From IMG/VR virus record IMGVR_UViG_3300045988_159027: a DNA stretch of 64,000 nucleotides; one strand, 5' to 3'. This document shows, piece after piece, positions 37,608-46,688 of this stretch (positions are counted from its first letter, which is position 1; each line of letters starts with the position of its first letter). This DNA comes from a virus. The translations under genes were made by a program, and so were the position numbers. The notes under the pieces are model-generated. The model made no database searches. It was not told the DNA's origin and was given only the letters and a program-made list of their open reading frames with translations.

Positions 37608-38032
37608 AAGAAATGGAGAAAGAAGAAAAAGCCAAGGAAAGCATACAATCCTTTTTCCTTTGTAAAACGAAGAAATACGGATGCCGTTTTGTAGAAAAAT
37701 GTATGTATTGCGATGGGAATAGTGGAGCATCTGAATGTGATGAAAACTGCAGTGCTGATGAATATTTTGCGGGGTTCTGTTCTGGATGGGATGCCTTTGA
37801 CGCATTGATGGGCGGCCTTCTGACAAACGTAAAAGAACGGCAACCTGACCCGAACGAGGAGGTTATCTGCCATATGGTGTCAAACGGAGCATTCGTAAGC
37901 GGATACATCTACCAGGAAGACGAGAAATACAAAGTAGCCACTTCTCCCGATTTTCATTTTGAGGACTACGGAGATTATGAATGTGACTACTGGTTCCCGA
38001 AACCTAAACTAATTGAAGTAAACCATGGATAA
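37604..38032 (+). CDS. Hypothetical protein
   Basis: 142-aa ORF. Start overlaps the previous stop. Confidence 0.55.
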   Translation: MKEMEKEEKAKESIQSFFLCKTKKYGCRFVEKCMYCDGNSGASECDENCSADEYFAGFCSGWDAFDALMGGLLTNVKERQPDPNEEVICHMVSNGAFVSGYIYQEDEKYKVATSPDFHFEDYGDYECDYWFPKPKLIEVNHG

Positions 38033-38654
38033 GGAAGAATATATACACCAATGCGCCACGCAGCTGTTTAACGACCGTATTAGGGACTTAGGGAACAAAG
38101 AAAATATACACTTCTCCATTGACGATATAATAAAAGCAATGTGGACTTCATGGGATGCGTCATACTTCTATCAATGGAAAAGCGTACAAGCTTCACTCCC
38201 TCCGAAAGGACAATGCGTGAACGTCATGCTGGAAGACGGAAGATACACCAATTCCTTCATCATGTCAGACGGCACATGGACCTACAATGTAAGGCCAGTT
38301 GCATGGAGCGAGATAAAACGGCCGATATTCCACCATAAACCAATGATTGAGCTTAAATACCCAGGTATGAAAACGAAAAACATTATCTACACCGGTCCGA
38401 TATTCGATTATTATAACGGGGAGTTACATCGTATATTTTGCAATTTCGACATTCAGCAGCTGAAAAGCAGGGTGACCGGGAAAGATGATTCCTGCAACAG
38501 GCAGATGATAATTATCAACCTTGAGACCAAAACGGCATGGATAGAGTATGTCGACGAAGAATGTTCCCAGTACGATAGTTTTTATAACAAATTCACCTGC
38601 GACATTCAGGAAGTGGAAAGGATAATCGAAGAAAGCCAGGAAAATAAAGAATAA
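38025..38654 (+). CDS. Hypothetical protein
   Basis: 209-aa ORF. Confidence 0.55.
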   Translation: MDKEEYIHQCATQLFNDRIRDLGNKENIHFSIDDIIKAMWTSWDASYFYQWKSVQASLPPKGQCVNVMLEDGRYTNSFIMSDGTWTYNVRPVAWSEIKRPIFHHKPMIELKYPGMKTKNIIYTGPIFDYYNGELHRIFCNFDIQQLKSRVTGKDDSCNRQMIIINLETKTAWIEYVDEECSQYDSFYNKFTCDIQEVERIIEESQENKE

Positions 38655-38671
38655 TCTAAAACTAGGGACTC

Positions 38672-38992
38672 ATGAAAACAGAATATCTTGATGAATTATA
38701 CCCACATCAGTTAAAAAAACAATTATCACAGCTTGGAGTTGAATTGACGGAAGACCAGTACAGAATACTTGTTAATCGCGGGAGAACATTTCTGTATGCT
38801 CCAAGGGATAGGAAGAATAGCAAATCAAATATATTATACAGAATGACAATATTATTCTACATAATATGGGCTGTTTTTGTCAGACTTGTTATCCAACCTA
38901 TCAAATGGTTGTTTACTGGAACCGAGTATTTTAGCATGGACAGCCCTATTTATAAATTCACTGTTGGATGGGGACGTAAAATTGGATTCTAA
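38672..38992 (+). CDS. Hypothetical membrane protein
   Basis: 106 aa with a hydrophobic segment (MTILFYIIWAVFVRLVI). Confidence 0.5.
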   Translation: MKTEYLDELYPHQLKKQLSQLGVELTEDQYRILVNRGRTFLYAPRDRKNSKSNILYRMTILFYIIWAVFVRLVIQPIKWLFTGTEYFSMDSPIYKFTVGWGRKIGF

Positions 38993-39004
38993 AAACATAC
39001 GACT

Positions 39005-39208
39005 ATGAAGAAAGCATTACCTGATATAAAAGAGAATATTCCTGCACCAGAAAAACAAGAGAAAACAGTTCATCTTCACATTGAAGGAGATTTTACTCTA
39101 AGGGATGGTAAGATATTTGTGAGTAAACTACAGACTAGCGAGCTGCCAATTACATTATGGACAGATCTGTTCAAAGTTATAAGCGATGTGTTAAAAAAAG
39201 ATTTATAA
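39005..39208 (+). CDS. Hypothetical protein
   Basis: 67-aa ORF. Confidence 0.45.
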   Translation: MKKALPDIKENIPAPEKQEKTVHLHIEGDFTLRDGKIFVSKLQTSELPITLWTDLFKVISDVLKKDL

Positions 39209-39211
39209 ACT

Positions 39212-39688
39212 ATGTATATCGACGATAAGAAAGCAGTCGTATTCGTACCGAAAGACGAGTACGAAAAGATGAAAGAGCTGGCCAACGCCAACGCAGAAGA
39301 AATAGAGAAACGTGCCCTCGAAATGTGGGAAACAAAAGCAATTCCATGGCTTAAAGTCTCCATGGAGATACGAAGTAGCGGTGGACGTGACATTCTGGAT
39401 TCAGAAGAATTTGAGTTCAGGACACATTCATACCTGCTAAACCCTTCAGGGATGTTCACTATCAAAGAAGAAGCCAGACAAAGATTTGATAAGATGCTTA
39501 CTGGCTGGGCACGTCACATGATGGAGCTTCAGTTTGGTGAGCACATTTCAAAAATCAATTATATCAACGAACGATGCCACAAGGCAGATATATTGTGGAA
39601 GAGAATGCTAACCCCGGCCATTTGTGCAGGGATTGTCGCCTTCATTATGTTTGTCTGCTTAATATGGGTTTTACTTAACATACAATAA
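39212..39688 (+). CDS. Hypothetical protein with C-terminal TM helix
   Basis: 158 aa. C-terminus is ICAGIVAFIMFVCLIWVLL. Confidence 0.55.
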   Translation: MYIDDKKAVVFVPKDEYEKMKELANANAEEIEKRALEMWETKAIPWLKVSMEIRSSGGRDILDSEEFEFRTHSYLLNPSGMFTIKEEARQRFDKMLTGWARHMMELQFGEHISKINYINERCHKADILWKRMLTPAICAGIVAFIMFVCLIWVLLNIQ

Positions 39689-39690
39689 TT

Positions 39691-39957
39691 ATGACACCGG
39701 AAGAATACATAAAATCAAAAAGACGTGAAGATTATCCTGGAGGACAACTTTGTTACATTGTATCGGAAGAAACTGCCTTAAAAGCTGTAGAAATGGCAAG
39801 GGAGGAAAAGGAAAATTCAACAAAATTAAATTCGGGGATATTTGGACAGCAAGGTTGGATATGTCCAAAGTGCGGAAGGGTTTATTCTCCGTTCACATCA
39901 ATGTGCAGTTATTGTTCAAATGGTAACAATTTTAATATAACTTGTCTTGGAAAATAA
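39691..39957 (+). CDS. Zn-ribbon protein
   Basis: GWICPKCGRVYSPFTSMCSYC motif. Related to the ribbon downstream of the TGA at 37291. Confidence 0.55.
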   Translation: MTPEEYIKSKRREDYPGGQLCYIVSEETALKAVEMAREEKENSTKLNSGIFGQQGWICPKCGRVYSPFTSMCSYCSNGNNFNITCLGK

Positions 39958-40282
39958 AATTAGAATCCACGAAAGCCGGAAGTCAAAACTTAAATGGAAG
40001 GATATTCCTAAATTTAAGGACAGTTACCGTTGGCCTGTAGTTCAGATACAGGAGCATGAAGGTATCCTTCACTTTAAGTTTTCCGGTGGCTCCAAATACT
40101 CTCCAAACACTTACTTCACGATTGAAGATTACCGGAGATACACAGCTTTGGGAATAATCAATTCTCTTGACGATATAGGTTTCTATACCCGGCACAGCTA
40201 CGATGCAGTATTGAAGTTTTACCACGATAGAGGACTGGATTTAGGATTTGCAAGAAACTTTTTAAAACCATCAAAAGCATAG
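39947..40282 (+). CDS. Hypothetical protein
   Basis: 111-aa ORF. Confidence 0.5.
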   Translation: MENKIRIHESRKSKLKWKDIPKFKDSYRWPVVQIQEHEGILHFKFSGGSKYSPNTYFTIEDYRRYTALGIINSLDDIGFYTRHSYDAVLKFYHDRGLDLGFARNFLKPSKA

Positions 40283-40286
40283 CACC

Positions 40287-40691
40287 ATGTCAACAGAACG
40301 AAATATGAAAAATGAAAACTTTGTCACTTTTGAAGTAGCAAAGCTTCTTCAGGACAAAGGATATAGAGAAGACTGTCGTGCCAGTTACATAACGGATGAA
40401 ACAGGACGGTCGGTGCTAAGCGTATTAACGTTCCACGTGAGGAAGTTCCGTCATCTGTTAAGATATACAAGATACCAGGGTGAATACCTGGCTCCCACGC
40501 TATACGCCGCGCAAAAATGGGTCCGCACAAAAGGAAAGATCCACATCGTTGTCGACCTCAACAAACACGGCTGGTACTACCGCCTGTACGACATGGAGGA
40601 TCTGTCTCTCATATCGCAGATGGACGGATATACCGACACATTCGAGAAAGCTTTGAATGACGGAATAAAAGAGTCATTAACCTACTTATAA
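40287..40691 (+). CDS. Hypothetical protein
   Basis: 134-aa ORF. Confidence 0.55.
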   Translation: MSTERNMKNENFVTFEVAKLLQDKGYREDCRASYITDETGRSVLSVLTFHVRKFRHLLRYTRYQGEYLAPTLYAAQKWVRTKGKIHIVVDLNKHGWYYRLYDMEDLSLISQMDGYTDTFEKALNDGIKESLTYL

Positions 40692-40701
40692 GAATCAGCT
40701 T

Positions 40702-41118
40702 ATGTTTACACAACCTTGTTTTATAAGGAATGCGAGAAAAGAATTGGCATTCAATGTGGCAGCATTAGGCTACACTGCAATGTACATGGTTTTCCGGAAC
40801 AATATAGAAGGGAATCACCTCGTTTTAGAAGGAGATACCTGGCATTTTACAGACTCGGACAATCATCCACACTGTATTGACTGCGGTGCAAACGAGGACC
40901 TGTTCCTGGCAATAGCAGCTTTACGTGACGATACGGATAGAGGACAATGGTTCGTGGAAAATGATGAAAATGTTTGGCTGCAATGTGTGGATAATAAGTT
41001 TGTATTTTATACCTGGATAAATGAATCCGGATCTTATGAGGAGAAAGACATTTCAATCTTATACCACAAAGCCACTGTACAGGAACTAATCGAACATTTT
41101 AACATAAAGGATAGATAG
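40702..41118 (+). CDS. Hypothetical protein, tandem paralog A
   Basis: Shares MFTQPCFIR..., IDCG-NE-LFLAIAALRDDTD-GQWF and HKATVQELIEHFNIKD with the next gene. Confidence 0.6.
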   Translation: MFTQPCFIRNARKELAFNVAALGYTAMYMVFRNNIEGNHLVLEGDTWHFTDSDNHPHCIDCGANEDLFLAIAALRDDTDRGQWFVENDENVWLQCVDNKFVFYTWINESGSYEEKDISILYHKATVQELIEHFNIKDR

Positions 41119-41121
41119 ACT

Positions 41122-41559
41122 ATGTTTACACAACCTTGTTTTATCCGGAAGAACACACCGGAACTAAGAAAGAAACTGGAGGAACTCGGATATATACCAT
41201 TGACAATGAATCTACTATTGGAGAAAGCTCCTACGCTGGTAGCGATGGAATCTCCTCGTGGAAATCCAATATTTTACGCTGTGATATATATTCACGAATA
41301 TGTCAAGATGTTTCAAAATGAAATCAAATTTATTGACTGCGGAACCAATGAAAACCTGTTCTTGGCAATAGCAGCGTTACGTGACGACACAGATTATGGC
41401 CAATGGTTCATTTTTGATGCAGAATCCTTTTTAACCTTAAAGAGAGGGGATTGGATGAAATTTATAGGTTACGATGAATGTGTCATAAATAGCCCTATGT
41501 GGTCTCACAAAGCCACCGTCCAGGAACTTATTGAACATTTTAATATAAAAGACAAATAG
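41122..41559 (+). CDS. Hypothetical protein, tandem paralog B
   Basis: See 40702..41118. Confidence 0.6.
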   Translation: MFTQPCFIRKNTPELRKKLEELGYIPLTMNLLLEKAPTLVAMESPRGNPIFYAVIYIHEYVKMFQNEIKFIDCGTNENLFLAIAALRDDTDYGQWFIFDAESFLTLKRGDWMKFIGYDECVINSPMWSHKATVQELIEHFNIKDK

Positions 41560-41604
41560 ATTTGCTTACATTGAAGATTTAACGCCTGAAATAGAGGACT
41601 TATT

Positions 41605-41868
41605 ATGAAATGGGAAACAAAAGGACAATTAGCTAAAGCCTTAAATAACGGCAACAATAAAAAAGTCTGCGATATTATTCTGAGCAATGAAATGGATATG
41701 CAGGCGTGGGACATGTTTGTTTTCGGCATGGATCTAAATAAAAGTGATGATTACATGAGTTTGTATGATAAACTTTTTTCCGTAAAAGACGAGTATATAA
41801 AGCAAGCAGGGATAGTAGCAACACTTAGATTTCGATATTTACTTTCAAAATTAGGAATAATAGATTGA
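41605..41868 (+). CDS. Hypothetical protein
   Basis: 87-aa ORF. Confidence 0.45.
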   Translation: MKWETKGQLAKALNNGNNKKVCDIILSNEMDMQAWDMFVFGMDLNKSDDYMSLYDKLFSVKDEYIKQAGIVATLRFRYLLSKLGIID

Positions 41869-41871
41869 ATT

Positions 41872-42087
41872 ATGGCAAAGAAAGAATTTGAAATAGGAGA
41901 AGTTTTTCAATGTGGACTTGTAAAGCTTAAAGTAGTAAAACAAGAAAAGATTGGAACTTGTACAGAATGCGCTTTGAATGGGTTGGAATATTGTACAGCT
42001 GTACAAGAATTTATTGGCAGTTGTTACCATGCTGCCAGAGAAGATAAAACGGATATAGTGTTTGTAAAAGTGGAGGAAGAACCATGA
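41872..42087 (+). CDS. Hypothetical small Cys-containing protein
   Basis: 71 aa with CTECALNGLEYC. Confidence 0.45.
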   Translation: MAKKEFEIGEVFQCGLVKLKVVKQEKIGTCTECALNGLEYCTAVQEFIGSCYHAAREDKTDIVFVKVEEEP

Positions 42088-42434
42088 TATTCATACCAGA
42101 AGATTTCAAATCTATTCGCATTAAAAAGACCAACATCGTGGCAAAACGACTGCTGGAAGGAGCCATAAGAGAGATAAAGAAATGTCCAAAAGAATATAGG
42201 GAGATGTTACTCAGTCAGTGCGCACCATGGCGCCCGGATGACTATAATATAGAATACAAGGAAATGTCAGCTGGATTCAAGATATTCAAAAGATACCTGA
42301 ATATAAAAGGATTCCATGATGTAAAATACGCCGAGCATATAGAACATCCGGAATGGACCGTATTCTTTTATCTCCGGTTTGAAATAGACAAATACCTAAT
42401 AGAATCATGCCAAATGCTAACGTCGAAAAGATAA
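42084..42434 (+). CDS. Hypothetical protein
   Basis: 116-aa ORF. Start overlaps the previous stop. Confidence 0.5.
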   Translation: MIFIPEDFKSIRIKKTNIVAKRLLEGAIREIKKCPKEYREMLLSQCAPWRPDDYNIEYKEMSAGFKIFKRYLNIKGFHDVKYAEHIEHPEWTVFFYLRFEIDKYLIESCQMLTSKR

Positions 42435-42889
42435 AGGCCAGTCTGCTGAAAGAAATCAAAGGAGTGTTCTGTGAAGGATATTGTCTTTACTACAAAGACG
42501 ATTACTACTGCGGAGCCTGCCCGTTAAACGACACAAGCAACTGGCTCAACCGGAAGAAACCCATTGCAAGGGAAGAAAAACTACGCACCGTGAATTTCTG
42601 CGACGGCTGCATCCATTTCCGCCCGCTGAAAGAAGGGGAGAAGCAAAAGCCAAACAGTCAGCTTTGCGAGTTTGTCCGTCCTCTCAGGTTCAGGGTAGGG
42701 AATGAATACAATGGGGAAGATACAGGTTTCTTCCTGCCCGGTTGCAAGGTCTACAAAAAGGAAGAACGAGAATGCCGCACGTGCCTTCATTACCTTCCAT
42801 CGGAAGATTCAGACTCGGGTGAATGCAGTCTCTATTCTGACACGGCGTACAGCCATTATTTATGCAATGATTGGAAATCTAAAGACTAA
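42407..42889 (+). CDS. Cys-rich (multi-CxxC) protein
   Basis: 160 aa with the Cys clusters CEGYC, CGAC, CDGC, CRTC and others. Confidence 0.5.
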   Translation: MPNANVEKIKASLLKEIKGVFCEGYCLYYKDDYYCGACPLNDTSNWLNRKKPIAREEKLRTVNFCDGCIHFRPLKEGEKQKPNSQLCEFVRPLRFRVGNEYNGEDTGFFLPGCKVYKKEERECRTCLHYLPSEDSDSGECSLYSDTAYSHYLCNDWKSKD

Positions 42890-42894
42890 AGCCT

Positions 42895-43320
42895 ATGGAA
42901 GAAGATAAAAAACAAATAATCATTCCTCTGTCAGAATATAGAAGGATGGAAAAGAAGATTTCTGACCTTACCAGAATGAATAAACGTAGGGAGAAAACTT
43001 CCTTAAATGGGAAAGAATGTAGGTGGGAGAAAATATATAATAAACACATCGGTAACAATGAATATGTAAATGTACCTCACATCCTGTTCTTTCACAATTC
43101 ATTAACCGACTACATTCATTATTTAGAAACAAGGTTAAATGTAGAAGAGCAAGAGAACAGCGATTTAAAGGTAAATGAAAGAGTGCTTAAAGACGTTTAC
43201 CTTCAGATAAAGAAGCAAAAACGTGATTTACACTGGTGGCAGCTCTGCCAAAGGATGAAAATCAACCGTATGTTGGAACTAATAGAAAAAAGAGTAAAAT
43301 GGACGCAATACGATTTTTAA
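42895..43320 (+). CDS. Hypothetical protein
   Basis: 141-aa ORF. Confidence 0.5.
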   Translation: MEEDKKQIIIPLSEYRRMEKKISDLTRMNKRREKTSLNGKECRWEKIYNKHIGNNEYVNVPHILFFHNSLTDYIHYLETRLNVEEQENSDLKVNERVLKDVYLQIKKQKRDLHWWQLCQRMKINRMLELIEKRVKWTQYDF

Positions 43321-43745
43321 AGGGACGCATGAAAGTATGGTGCAGAAGCCGGGTAAGATGGGAGAGAGAAAATCTTTACCTTCTCCCCAGTGGAGATTTC
43401 ACGGATGACCAAGGCCGGCTGCACAGGCGCGAAGGCCATACAGCATACGTCACCCTGGAGGATGCGATTTCAGCCATCCGGATGGTGGAAGAAAAGTTCC
43501 TTTCCGATAAAGAAACAGAACTTCAACGGTTAGAATCGGAGAATTACTTATTGCATAAAGCCAGAGAAATATCTGGGGAGGTAACAGATATAGAAAAAAA
43601 TAAATGTATAACCTACGAAAAGACATTAGAGGAGAAATTAAAAGAGGTAAAAATGGATTACATTTTTGGTAAAATTACTTTAGAGGAAGCAATTAAAATA
43701 ATTAACGGAGAGAATAGCCTATGCCAACCACAATCAAACGAATAG
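43299..43745 (+). CDS. Hypothetical protein
   Basis: I prefer the internal ATG (MDAIRFLKG...) to limit overlap with 42895..43320. Confidence 0.5.
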   Translation: MDAIRFLKGRMKVWCRSRVRWERENLYLLPSGDFTDDQGRLHRREGHTAYVTLEDAISAIRMVEEKFLSDKETELQRLESENYLLHKAREISGEVTDIEKNKCITYEKTLEEKLKEVKMDYIFGKITLEEAIKIINGENSLCQPQSNE

Positions 43746-43897
43746 TGAGCGTACTTTACCGGGCACGAACCAATAAATACGAGGTGCAGGCTGTGGCCGA
43801 AAAGAATGGCCGGCCATGTGTTATCACGCTGTATTATAGAAATGAAAAAGAAGCAAGAAAACTAAAGAAAGGAGACGTAATAGATGGAAACAATTGA
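43721..43897 (+). CDS. Hypothetical 58-aa protein (below ORF-track cutoff)
   Basis: ATG at 43721 to TGA at 43895-43897, reading MPTTIKRIVSVLYRARTNKYEVQAVAEKNGRPCVITLYY... Fills a gap in the operon. Confidence 0.35.
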   Translation: MPTTIKRIVSVLYRARTNKYEVQAVAEKNGRPCVITLYYRNEKEARKLKKGDVIDGNN

Positions 43898-44488
43898 AGC
43901 GATAAACCTGAACAAACTGAGAGATGAAGCCTACCAGAACGCCGTAGAACACGGATGGCACGACGAGGATTTGAGCGACGAGCATTTCCTTTGCTGGTCA
44001 TTAGCGAGCTGATGGAAGCTGTGCAGGCCGAAAGAAAAGGTAAACGGTCCGATGTGGCAAAGTTTAATGAATGGCAAGGAAACAATATCCCATTTAGCGA
44101 AGAAACCCGAGTAAGAAGATTTCAGGAAGATTTTGAAGCGTATATAAAAGACAGTGTGGAAGACGAATTGGCCGATGTCTGCATTCGTATATTTGACCTG
44201 GCAGGATTGAGGAAAACAAATTTTTCAGACATACAATTTTCTTTCAATTATCGGAAAGAATACATACAGGAAAGAAGCAAAAAGACTTTTACCGAGTGGT
44301 GTTATGATGTAGTACAGACTATCTCAAAGTATAGAAACAAATATCCTATTGCATATCTGTTTATAGGAATTTTAGAGGAAATATCCTGCATGTCCAAAAT
44401 CAAAGGATTCGACCTCCTCTGGCACATCGAACAAAAAATGAAGTATAACCTCACCCGTCCACGCATGCACGGGAACAACAAATTTTAA
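43884..44488 (+). pseudogene. MazG-like NTP pyrophosphohydrolase split by a -1 frame change
   Basis: The N-terminal part (METIEAINLNKLRDEAYQNAVEHGWHDE...) is in frame 0 and stops at 44010-44012. The rest (LVISELMEAVQAERKG...EDELADVCIRIFDLAG) is in frame -1. Confidence 0.6.
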
Positions 44489-44490
44489 TT

Positions 44491-44886
44491 ATGAATACCG
44501 CAGACTTAATAATCAGCATCGTTTTTGTTTGCATTAACTCCACCGCGCTATTCCTGATTTACCGGTCCATATCGCGATGGATGACCCGAAACGAGAAGAA
44601 AATAGACAACCTGGAGCACGCCGTTCTCAAAATTGACGACTACATAAAATACAGCTCTCACACCATTGACGCGGTTTACATCGACGCACAGAACAGGCTA
44701 ATCGAACAGTTTGTGAAAGATGAAGATTATGAGCGGGCTTCCATCGTCAAGAAAAACCGGCAGTTGGTAGAAGCTGCTGTACTCGAAGAAATGAAACGCC
44801 GCATGAAAGAAAAGGAAGCAGAACTTTTCAAAGACTCAATAAACAAAGAATATAACCAGAAGAAAGGAGACACGAAAGAAGGATGA
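44491..44886 (+). CDS. Hypothetical protein with N-terminal TM helix and coiled coil
   Basis: 131 aa with LIISIVFVCINSTALFLIY. Last gene of the early operon. Confidence 0.55.
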   Translation: MNTADLIISIVFVCINSTALFLIYRSISRWMTRNEKKIDNLEHAVLKIDDYIKYSSHTIDAVYIDAQNRLIEQFVKDEDYERASIVKKNRQLVEAAVLEEMKRRMKEKEAELFKDSINKEYNQKKGDTKEG

Positions 44887-44888
44887 TT

Positions 44889-44926
44889 TTTAGTCCTTCA
44901 TAAACGAAGCTTGTACAATAAGTTTT
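44889..44926 (+). promoter_or_regulatory. Class-II promoter-like element (TTTTAGTCCTTCA-N18-TAAGTTTT)
   Basis: GTCCTTCA at 44893-44900. It faces into a 1-kb stretch with no ORF. Confidence 0.4.
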
Positions 44927-44981
44927 ATCTACTGGTCGAATTAAAACGATAATTAATCACAATCTGATTCATTTTTAAGGA

Positions 44982-45134
44982 GGCGTAGAAGTGTATGTAA
45001 TAGCACTTTTACGCCTTTTTCTGTCAACAAAAGCCGTATTTCGTCACATAAATTCCAAACTGGCGTAGTATCGCCACTGTGGCCGCGCTTAATAGACACT
45101 TTTGCTGCGTAGTTACGCCATTTGAGTGGCGTAG
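44982..45134. repeat. GGCGTA(G) iteron cluster
   Basis: GGCGTAG at 44982, 45062 and 45128. TGCGTAG at 45106. TACGCC (inverted) at 45010 and 45114. They form several small palindromes. Confidence 0.6.
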
Positions 45135-45332
45135 GCACGAGACTTTCGGGAAAATCGTTCCGGCACAAAGAGAAAATCGCTTAGAAAATCAATTCAGTAT
45201 CAAATATTACAAGTTTTACACACCCTTTGCAAAACATTTTGCAATTTGATAATCAGTTAGTTAAGTATCATTTGTAAGCAATTTTGTAAAGCTTGCGAAG
45301 CGTTGGCGAAATTTTTGCAATGAATAACTATC

Positions 45333-45371
45333 TGATAATCAATTAAAAGTATTGTACTTTTTGATATTTTG
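45333..45371 (+). promoter_or_regulatory. Class-I operator/promoter-like element (degenerate copy)
   Basis: TGATAATCAATTAAAAGTATTGTAC followed by TTTTTGATATTTTG. Compare 60387-60415, TGATAATCAAATTAAAATTGTTACATTTG. Confidence 0.4.
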
Positions 45372-45508
45372 CCGATTTTTCACGAAAAACGAGTTTACAA
45401 AATCTTTAAAATAAAAATTTTTCGTAGGGTAGAGAAGGGTGTACATCAGTCGAATCATTTCTTCCTGTGAGCGTCCGAATGGGGAAGGAATCCGAAGGGA
45501 AACCTGAA

Positions 45509-45578
45509 AGAACGAAAGGAGGGAAAGGTCGGCCTGCGGAACGCGGGACGACAAAGCTCGCCTTTCCCCTTTCGTTCT
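45509..45578 (+). other. Long imperfect hairpin (purine tract / pyrimidine tract)
   Basis: AGAACGAAAGG-AG-GGAAAGG pairs with CCTTTCC-CCTTTCGTTCT across a 32-nt GC-rich loop. Confidence 0.5.
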
Positions 45579-45935
45579 ACTTCCTTTATATCCAACTTCA
45601 CCGTGTAACAGAGAGAGCTACGCAATGGACATAAGAGAAAAAGCCGGACAGCCTGAAATCTGTTCTTTACCGAAAAAATACGTTTTCTTCACTTCAAAAT
45701 CAATGAACAATCGGCAATAACTATTTATTTATTATTTATTATACACTATAAATAATTGATAATTAAATAAATAAGTATTGAGAAGTGTTTTGCAAGAAAA
45801 TTGCACAGCTTTGCAAAATCGTGAAAAACACGCAAAATAAGACCCCAGTCGCTTAACCTTTTTTTGTTGAATGAAATTCCGATTGGTGTTGAATCGTCCG
45901 TAACTTGCTGTTGATTAATTGATTTACGTATATTT

Positions 45936-46583
45936 ATGAAAAGCCACAGCACAAAAAAGAATGTATCTGCACCTCCGGTAATGTATGTCAAGCTTAGCAT
46001 ATACCTCCGCAAATACATGGAAAGCAGATATGGTAAAGATGTATTGATTATTCCATTTATGAGCCCTATTTACACGTGTATGGAGCAGTATTTGGTGAAT
46101 AATTACAGTATGGTAAGGATAAGTCCAAGATCATGCTCACAACGTATGTTCAACTATAACGGCACATCGGATTTATTTGAAAGAAGTGGTATTTGTGTAA
46201 TGGACACCGCTGAAAAACAGGAATATATTGCCGTACAGATACCCGAAAGAGTGTTTAAGGGTGGATTGATTGTGAAGACTTCAGATAACTGGCAGCTAAG
46301 CAATACCGGGTTTGTAGAGTTCAACAAACTGGTGAAGCGTGAGTTCTGGATGGAATGTATGAAGTTTGTGGATGAATGTTTTACTTCTGCGCGAATTCAG
46401 GGATTGCGTACTACACGTGAGAATGCAATTTCTGATTTTATGGTAGCCATGAATATTCCTATGCAGTATTATGAGAATATGATCAGATATTACAAACGAA
46501 TGATAAACCGCATCCATTCTGAGATTGAAAAAAAAAGAGAGTGGCTTGAAAGCTTAAATGACACCGCATTAACTTATACATAA
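45936..46583 (+). CDS. Hypothetical protein
   Basis: 215 aa. First ORF after the non-coding kilobase. Confidence 0.55.
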   Translation: MKSHSTKKNVSAPPVMYVKLSIYLRKYMESRYGKDVLIIPFMSPIYTCMEQYLVNNYSMVRISPRSCSQRMFNYNGTSDLFERSGICVMDTAEKQEYIAVQIPERVFKGGLIVKTSDNWQLSNTGFVEFNKLVKREFWMECMKFVDECFTSARIQGLRTTRENAISDFMVAMNIPMQYYENMIRYYKRMINRIHSEIEKKREWLESLNDTALTYT

Positions 46584-46688
46584 GAAGAAATTAATACATG
46601 GATAACCTGAAATAATAGTTAAAAAACAAGGGATTTTGTCCCCCTGTTTGTCCCCCTTTATTTTCAACCACAAAACAACACATAAATC

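Noticed and set aside
44953-46018. Three short minus-strand ORFs (44953..45168, 45339..45554, 45746..46018) in the 1-kb gap.
   Set aside because: They run against the transcription direction of the whole region and overlap iterons, hairpins and the AT block. They have odd composition and no start context, so I treated the region as non-coding.
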